The notes below the pieces were generated by a model, which was given only the letters and a program-made list of their open reading frames with translations, was not told the DNA's origin and searched no databases. Position numbers and translations under genes: made by a program. Positions 62,301-64,000 of a stretch of 64,000 bases of DNA are shown here, in pieces; position 1 is the first letter of the stretch; every line of letters starts with the position of its first letter. Location of the stretch: the IMG/VR virus record IMGVR_UViG_3300027906_000002, positions 32,001-96,000 of that record; one strand, written 5' to 3'. This DNA comes from a virus.

Positions 62301-64000
62301 TGGTAATCACAGTCATACATTTGCTAAGGCAAGAAAGAATGCTGTAATCGCTGGTGGTATCTATAGACATGAGTTTGTTTCTCCTAGTGCATATACAGTA
62401 ACTGATGGTGCTTACAACCCAACTACAGGTGTGATGACCCTTACAATTCCTAATCATGGATTTGAATCTGGTGATTATATTATGATGGATGATGATTCCA
62501 TAGTCTTTAATTGTAGTTTTGGTGGTAGTGCAACAGATAAGTCATATCCAAGATCATCTGACCCAATTAGCGGTAAGTATGTACCTATAGGTAATGTAAC
62601 TACTGATACATTTACTATTCAGGTATTAGATTCTACACCTTCCACTAATACTGATGCCCATACATTTGTATCTGCATCTACTGGTGGTGTTCATAGAGCA
62701 GTACTTCATACAGGTGGTGTTTATAATCATACATTCAAATCTGCTACTATTAATGGAATATACAATCAGGGTCAGGCAATAGAAATTCTACCTGATGCAC
62801 TTAAGTTTACTTGTGATATGGATGGTGCAGAAACTAATCACCCATACCCTCGTAAGACAGATCCAGCATACAAGTCTTCATTACCTATTACTCATTACAC
62901 TGCTGATACATTTACTGTAAATGTAGGTAGTACTACTTTTGGTGATAATAGAAATTATACTTCATATACACCTTCCTTTGCTACATACGATCCTTCTACT
63001 GGTATATTAATATTAACTATTGAGGGACATCCATTAACTTCAGATGATTATATCACCTTAGATGATAATGCATTGAAATTTACATGTTTAATGGATAATA
63101 ATCAGACTACTAAGTCTTATCCACGTCCAGGACATGATGTTCGTGCAGCAAGAAGGAAACTTAAGGTTCTTGGAACCACGGTCAATACAATAAGTCTTAA
63201 TGTAGGTGCTGCACAAGCAAACCAAACATTTACACCTTCTGATGCATCTTATGATGCTGAGACTGGTGAGATGACCTTAACAATTGGTCAGCATGGTATG
63301 AGAGTTGGAGCAAACGTTACTATTGCAAATGGTAGTTTAAGATTCACATGTGGAATGGATGGCAACACTGCTAATAAGGATTATCCTCGTGCAACAGATC
63401 CATATGGAGATCTTAAGTCTATTCCAATTACTCATGTAGGTCATACACACGGAACAGTAACAAATGCTGTGTATACTCCTGCATCTGGTTTGATGGTTCT
63501 AACCGTACCTGCACATGGATACTCTAATGGAGATTATATTCAGATTGCTGATGAATCATTAACACTAAGATGTTTGCTTGATGGTAATAGTACTGATCAC
63601 TCATATCCAAGATCTACTGATTATCCTTCAGGAAGATGGTTACCAATCTCAAATAAGACAAATGATACATTCGAGGTTAATGTTGGAGTTTCACCTGATA
63701 CTACAACACATGTATTCCAGAAAGCTGCTACTAAGGGTATTAGAAGACAGAGTGGTGTAATAACAGTTAATGTTGGTAAATCACCTGTTAAGGGATATGA
63801 TGTAACTGATGCATCCTTTGTTCCTGGAACTGGAGCTCTAACTGTTACCATAGGTAACCATAGTTTAACTACAGGTACAGCAGTTAGAATTGCTAATAAT
63901 TCACTTGTATTCCGTTGCGATCAAGATGGTCAAGGTTCTGATCACTCATATCCTCGTGCAAATGGTCAGGGTGGTGCATCTGGTAATGACCCTGCATGGA
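44341..64000 (+). CDS. Giant baseplate wedge gp7-like / virion structural protein, 3' truncated (at least 6553 codons)
   Basis: ATG 44341 directly after gp6. Frame 1 was stop-free at every line I spot-checked up to the window end, and the track shows no competing long ORF. Contains 'FYASKGTSFSIAYLFKLLYGE', G-x-G-Y repeats, YHYH-like and LamG-like regions and YPR repeats. Confidence 0.85.
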   Translation, partial: MANTNKVSQSVKSLTPDFIEQDYPLFNKFIEYYYRSQEKTGLGQNIVNNFLQYLDIDKLDVGILDGATKIVEAINETDDKIIVESVDTFLEKNGSLLIGDEVIYYEKTTSSPNIALSPGISYEQVQLKWTGLASPLALFDGSKQRFPLTSQDNPIAPPSAQHLIVKVYGELQIPLLDFTVDGTDIVFTEAPRAKLDADDTSSTTVTYMSGFVESPIVQIDNISNSFGDDKRQFTITRNNERYEPVIDEYVYAIYDNQLLIPKEEFYIDHDQFIFKNAPLNGRYLELFAVEAPIPSFGADAVGYARIDNDGSLTGISTNINGSNYRYEYPPKVSVNSLTGSGASATALVNGVKEVQLLSGGKGYSDTNPPTVVVQDPTKPGAKTSQIKATVTNGEVSSLEVLNSGNGYTFTPRLTFQQPGGAKIGVPYIVGGSISGTVEVLEKGFGYTTVPEIYVDEPTGEDGIKASLQAVLVDGQIQSINILNAGQGYETVPRMMIKDPVGAQVLETRVDGDGRVVSIELLSGGSGYDDVPSVYILDDRTDGTGAYAGGTGATAVASIFNGRIIDINIVNFGRDYSAANPPTIFIQDPPSAEASANVGLNQVTGFIVNQAGSGYTKAQFEGCARAASGITAYTEDGNAVFTNDTAATSAAIDTPVKCLDQLFVKRLLDKYTEQFLPDVPSLDYTKIDVRNAIKSIKDFYASKGTSFSIAYLFKLLYGETVSISYPKDQIIKPSNATWSIDTILRASLESGDPVNIKDGLITQEADIADSNVQAASALVENFISIKTSELEIFELVLSEETINGTFTVPYKTRLGEPLTVDDSIITVDSTIGWPERNGEFVIGGTEVVQYKEKSLNQFIECTRSVNGVVEDWDSATEVKSNFRIYINKGTLQEVVMNIVGIVDAQQTTLTDTGSYYLPGDKLTVSKLGGTGINPDLTTWLYNVKKLIEVTSITYGGVNDQSATVTCANPHGLLVGDQVTIYGANPIIYNGSSLVTSRDGEYIFQYNLPQPATVEPQGNILVSIDLNKGKSLNTAIFNAISPYTTNVQNSFFNDQYVYVAATGIPNYEIGPFPGSALLPGNQRKLNRFPKVAQTISTKDIINPGPIGTWVNGVSIWSYKSDLSKTFGAVTGIDILNVGKDYDAASPPAITISGGGGANATAEVTVDGSISEITVTDGGSGYTTSPLVSIVGGDGSGAAATAIITKGEVSRILINTGGTGYTSQPSITIVGGEGTGAQGTASVRGPIKSIDVTNGGNSYTSKPTISLSSGSGAVAQAIVNNGRIISIAIISAGQGYTTAPEVTIQGDGFGAIARATIDVDGENAGRVTGIEIVNRGINYLQGTTVINLTSVGQDALFESNVFEWTYNLESTSIFDDARGGVFTGYNNEYGGEYAHLSNPQRMRYILGDNLYKDAYGKTLEKEDQLGHSPIIGWAFDGNPIYGPYGYTDPTDQGSAVIRLSTSFRLQESLVFDATTNPYPIRNDGPLLTDVDTDGDYLYPAGKFVEDYEYVFGLGDLDQYNGRFCKTPDYPEGRYCYFVTIDATEDGNALFPYVIGPSYNSVVDTWNLSTSAVQQNIPSGVVRYRDPYENVDIDVSRTPNASTAALTTEDGDVLMFEVEDVNRDGVITADETENPAEMFEESPLQLFDYFPKVKFDSKVDIEVETITKFEDASVTGFTIENPGKNYQVDDILTFDNSGTDGAGVSARISRIKGEAIDSYSFENVNGLNYGVLDTNVPHNLVTGDEVYVDYTPIMNNTNKSFVVRQIKGIESIVIDQAGSGYDEEIPPTIIIDGDGTAGKLEAVVTSVGSIDTVNIINSGSNYTTSPRVILSHPQIFKKADYYVTTISNNNYVCVNDVYVNDEKETFYCGKTKDATGNTVAFISKYSALGVKEWERTLESTVGQYYTEYQKIYVNKNAYTNDEIWVVGNNRPNANLLDVYNPDIILCKYTQSVDGLDATLDFQKGYAGISGANRADYVTCIEKYSDIRYVIGGYTNTNSLNPDDAFIASIDTTGNFAVKRKIASGTLSERLTDMLIIGDNVYFTMETASGPDSKDINLAFGKATIGINAITIDWIKELSNTVYSFLNTSLTIDEFNEFYVTATCRLKSDDTTKDSFWVGKLNAEGNVIWNYRYLATGRELTLVDKAVIDIFGDLNVAYTKDDQVTRKTTVGTVKIGYDGTMKKHSTSEFNKKQIEGITANAMDVDVSGDVYVYGQTQWNRNEFILDFADGGAPLTDLSAHYTITDQSANNSIRYLNGVAKIDGCNVPANTQTTWENGHIKASSSELGTTLDGDFTIQMMVYIDGDSGLPFSLSQNLMTLCQIGSSQDATGGLWLGFGTGRGLDLTIANSSTQIVNATAISSASSVMLNNTWISVAITKSGNLFSSYVNGVLVASGTISNTSFAGKDLYFGVGPGFGAGVNDFDKDTQGQFFLDDIKLKNRAVTPTSPSDINGLPQASQFGFGYSWTDTAWFAAQTRRYEYDDYIGFGLKIDKNADSERLGDQGLQTNTQIGFARTNIDVVPGSPLTIGSTGFELAEAGFQSLDFDDATTTMSQDTETLTYAADVWSARTSTVPSPGSQKLRVSAVVKDRYYIKPTSTTVINNIQELTLNQAFDFTVGAKLVLQNPNGTFINSGYIIKKDNSVNKIYLAIIHNAWTDDLDNGELVTQQFSEQDSYGIIGPLPNDINEIKNYVFTEINNTTPGTFDIDLATFDAPSDIGGTNNLDDFAKLKEFDVNDYSIRIDEVSGGSTYIPGSVVDITSSDITFNTAYSTCQITNLAGVLKITLTANLTKIIQVSSVANTDEVYCITSTSHYLHTGEMIYIDGNPSQESGGTTYDEYDGAFPVDSVISPLEFTYKLNQAAVTSPSASAAAVSVYVKSPVLKMYYGHQYLFDLSHSSMVGGNLSFAKDNLYKLEYSFNSIERIGIPGVTGQGQPTPTVKLKIDEDIVTNISYYFDPSRTGADSPVIEGSYLDVTDSPYKGIFTISSTAGATITEGADIFKFLLANEPEGNANVNQTTYSTSSLKAVGSIADVRIVNAGGFYTKLPIVTDIQSTRNIERVQINEPGTEYAIGVYNSVPIQGDGEGGLVSILVNDGADEDGITIPGQIQEVVVTSPGKAYTTAYVDIEGIPGILGPGLQGSGAELTVVIPPFGTEASIFTRGDKVGKIKKLKNNNFGYDYPHDYTLRPEITFPINAQLTSTSILESITVTNPGSGYSLAPAVIIQGGGGYGAQAEASIKNGRLDNIVVKDPGAGYSSTPQVSLRSSFNYVVNLDLGLLQFAYPHGIPNGAELSLAVTDTGDGADFPLSAGATGRLNGNTTYYAISGSANSLEDDQLKIAITEANAELGDGLTFVNAGDGRQSVLTESFGGAAEANVITSTFLEGELVYQGETLEVATATGYVSTNSGWQVGPRILKIVNHDGLFAENERITGVISKSSGIISDLKVARGVLDIGSITKTTGQFIDDVGKPSEIIQKIQDSYYYQDFSYAVKSAVSISEWKEILIRNVHPASFKVFGELNLNEYGQIPNKETFFQLTKSVELAQEAVVPNIQSFALVEPIYSEFNNTEVLFRQKRLTSSENILTSVVQRVDNIDHLFDGERIAFPLTVEGGTVVANANQLMIVLNGIVQNPNTAFQIQGDSIVFSEPPSPPASVKYANLTISQIQTYDLTWNNQSGIYPLIGNSLVGTSSQARLIVTSVTGDIISGYMDEGTFILGELCTVSATGFSGNLVDITAVSNIGLYTYGETVTNLQGDTAKVEQINLETGAETPVCDLRYAIGPSTTEFEVVPVDGTGPLPVGTIDVAENDGFRIGAEIMEVLTVVDGAESTTITVVRGVLGTQATAQQEGSPMYSTDINVTEALTLSKTAGTYQSTPGLYNIQLNDVIIGAKSGTVSRVTTASVYQDPVTGEFIGQVDISPGSSFFGLLFNRITSTSYPNVVIDDISKSQISVVDFDDNATAYNTNFPSNEIVSNYVIPYSNAVGTLQIGEDIRNYKIEYGNNTGEFTAGEDGRVRKISMYDKEGEGFFNAGQIIRTRDTKAEVIGYNQARGIVYLGKIGRSLPDGQDYFEFDFANDAAISNTQKKFGSTSLQLDGTGDYIGVASTSEIAFGTGEYTIEFWCRPDTAALAGLAEIYDTRTADPEISGRIYLNGAQIRYNVNGSDIVTSGATVIPTNNTWYHIAVSRSGSTVKLFLDGVEVGSATDNSTYVARPIRIGATYSATNAFAGYIDEFRISSVARYTGAFNPPAGIHQGDVDTKVLLHFDSTNGDKFVDDWSGGESFSNAEYFNNDPIVASRRYIGDHNYVGGTVSGAVIIQQGIISKDVTDATYNGSTGDLVLTIGSHSYTTSNTIKIAHNSLTFTCDMDNNATQHTYPRITDPVYDTAIAITAVTATTITVNVGVAIQQGFAKNSHRYNNAGQLILKNLEFIAKEVVYMINHRFPNFTVIGGDANCEDDVKDICRSIVADMRNGGNDKTWLATSYYIDRADTANVKLLNIETEVRETIWAYNKLDQMLEFIVTNSEWKPVGDHGLKQYTDTSITDSSTTSFTYKTPTGATYDADTGDLTLTDVGHGLVGRRAVTVEAGTSYNAETGILSVTSASHLFQNGDKVMLEKESLTFTCDMDGHKTEHKYPRASDPALAGWLTVSNSQTNTFDLDVGKSPLLVFNPTGGSYDASTGHMKLQIGDNILTPGTNIKVAPNSIYFKCTSDGLQAVKKYPRTTDPIAGKPTPIAYDGEQLSASFANYTPTTGVMRITAGKTFTPLDATYNAVNGMMNLTIPDHGMVAGDTVRLEDGAITFTCGMDDHYSTHAYPRTTDPKRGLQLSITNVQTHSFSVNVGISPKVQLTPNNGSYDPSTGLMTLEFNTAHGLTAGTSIKIAKESLTFSCGFGGASGDAAKKSYPRSTDPFYDTAVKIESATTNAITVKILENVPSTNTDTHTWVGATTGCIHTGGDYEHIFHSALTNGVVWNKHGLVNGDRIKIATNSLTFTCQLDNQITEHSYPRATDPYNGRWLAVSNVGANTFDVNVGISPDTSSHIFKSAYLNGITKRDGSITLDVGKSPRVGYDVAGATYDPLTGDMVLNVGIHNLLENQTIQIADNGLSFTCAMDGNATTHSYPRLTDPSRKHALNITDVGETSKTVSGASYTPASGQMSLTVTGHNLTPATTHTPTNAVYNPATGELELTIVGHSFDNGDRILLDDDCLTFTCAKDNHQSQHTYPRASDPSSMKWLSVQNVHVDRFTVNISKSTDISEHRFISATSTCLKRAKDSVKFDDDSITFRCDLDSQATDHTYPRVSDPVHQQWIPITSSPDANTIVLNVGKSSDTSTHVYQTATSGGLKAQTGYITVNVGKSPTVSHNPSSVTYTPGNGSMAMSIGNHYLRGGSQHTATTASYEASTGIMTLSVANHGFSVGDYIKIAENSITFTCTMNGNATNKQYPRSTDPSFNKWLAIVGITTDTFQVNVGASPLVKHNVTTATYDPATGLIEATIGSHTLEVGEPVMLKDYGFSFTCGLDGDTISKLYPRETGFIQNAGVADPAWRTPVVITAKSATTITFNVGTSSDVTAHNWTGGTSSEAIVSGGDYDHTFVTASTNGVYRTNETVMIGEESMTFTCDFNGDGNTTEKKYPRASGSNAPGGADYAYNKPVPITSVGTNTHTPTLATYVPATGVMNIQLVNHGFALSTNHTVTDATFTATTGVMKLTVAGHGFQEGDRIKLGDGSLRFTCAKDGNASNHDYPRASDFASNRWLPIFNVSTNFFEVNIGNMFGPAAISHTTAHAFVSAVANGLTKANSCIKLAENALTFTCGKDSGASEHSYPRRTDPSFDEWLPLSNVLVDSFDVYIGKASDTSTHTFVSAVAGSLHSQTGVINLNVGISTDTTTHNYVAATKLTPTNAAYNPTTGVMTITVNDHNMANGEQVMIDDGAIKLSCAFGGASGGAAEKDYPRASDPASGRWLTVSNVSTNSFDVQVLDVVPSTNTDAHSFVSAVSNSITRGILRTGGNHSHTFAKARKNAVIAGGIYRHEFVSPSAYTVTDGAYNPTTGVMTLTIPNHGFESGDYIMMDDDSIVFNCSFGGSATDKSYPRSSDPISGKYVPIGNVTTDTFTIQVLDSTPSTNTDAHTFVSASTGGVHRAVLHTGGVYNHTFKSATINGIYNQGQAIEILPDALKFTCDMDGAETNHPYPRKTDPAYKSSLPITHYTADTFTVNVGSTTFGDNRNYTSYTPSFATYDPSTGILILTIEGHPLTSDDYITLDDNALKFTCLMDNNQTTKSYPRPGHDVRAARRKLKVLGTTVNTISLNVGAAQANQTFTPSDASYDAETGEMTLTIGQHGMRVGANVTIANGSLRFTCGMDGNTANKDYPRATDPYGDLKSIPITHVGHTHGTVTNAVYTPASGLMVLTVPAHGYSNGDYIQIADESLTLRCLLDGNSTDHSYPRSTDYPSGRWLPISNKTNDTFEVNVGVSPDTTTHVFQKAATKGIRRQSGVITVNVGKSPVKGYDVTDASFVPGTGALTVTIGNHSLTTGTAVRIANNSLVFRCDQDGQGSDHSYPRANGQGGASGNDPAW
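57280..64000 (+). repeat. Protein-level repeat array with 21 'TFxC...YPR' cores in the giant ORF
   Basis: YPR codons start at 57424, 58198, 58453, 58735, 59002, 59305, 59650, 59956, 60178, 60613, 60868, 61180, 61510, 61750, 62131, 62545, 62845, 63118, 63382, 63604, 63949. Confidence 0.9.

Noticed and set aside
62300-63460. HxH iron-binding fibre-tip motifs (HSH near 62310, HTH near 63442)
   Set aside because: Only two isolated occurrences in over 2000 aa, not the periodic trimeric pattern of T4 gp37-type tips.
2478-63851. All minus-strand ORFs in the track (for example 2478-2759, 7485-7736, 26843-27253, 27567-27986, 43956-44225, 44715-45041)
   Set aside because: Each lies antisense to a well-supported + strand gene, lacks family motifs and reflects the low stop frequency opposite biased codons.
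1-64000. tRNA genes, self-splicing introns, inteins, homing endonucleases, transposases
   Set aside because: I saw no T-loop/cloverleaf in intergenic DNA and no HNH, GIY-YIG, LAGLIDADG or intein motifs; tRNAscan-SE and Infernal would be needed to exclude them formally.

Overview
64 kb of a low-GC T4-like cyanomyovirus genome (Kyanoviridae-type; probably Prochlorococcus/marine Synechococcus host, inferred from CP12, cpeT, ho1, pyrE and T4-type baseplate genes). Every credible gene is on the + strand. Layout: (1) 1-20.8 kb late/structural block: probable baseplate hub, CP12, cpeT, gp5, 2OG-Fe(II) oxygenases, pyrE, three virion proteins, then a cassette of glycine-rich adhesin-like genes. (2) 20.8-34.2 kb early/accessory block driven by repeated sigma70-type promoters, nine of them preceded at a fixed 30-31 nt by a 23-24 bp palindrome (TGTGNCAG-N8-STGNCACA). 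It holds a putative restriction-modification pair, a ParB-like protein, a second methyltransferase, a predicted ~157 nt structured RNA, an SF2 helicase and many micro-ORFs, and ends in a non-coding interval with DnaA-box-like 9-mers. (3) 34.4-64 kb late block: AbrB-like small protein, structural protein, PAAR, a 2OG-oxygenase/ho1 operon, gp25, gp6 and a giant ORF (44341 to >64000, at least 6553 codons, missing from the supplied track because it has no stop in the window) whose 21 visible repeats are nested inside one another. I saw no tRNA, CRISPR array, integrase, transposase or reverse transcriptase. All family assignments come from motif recognition by eye; no database search was run.
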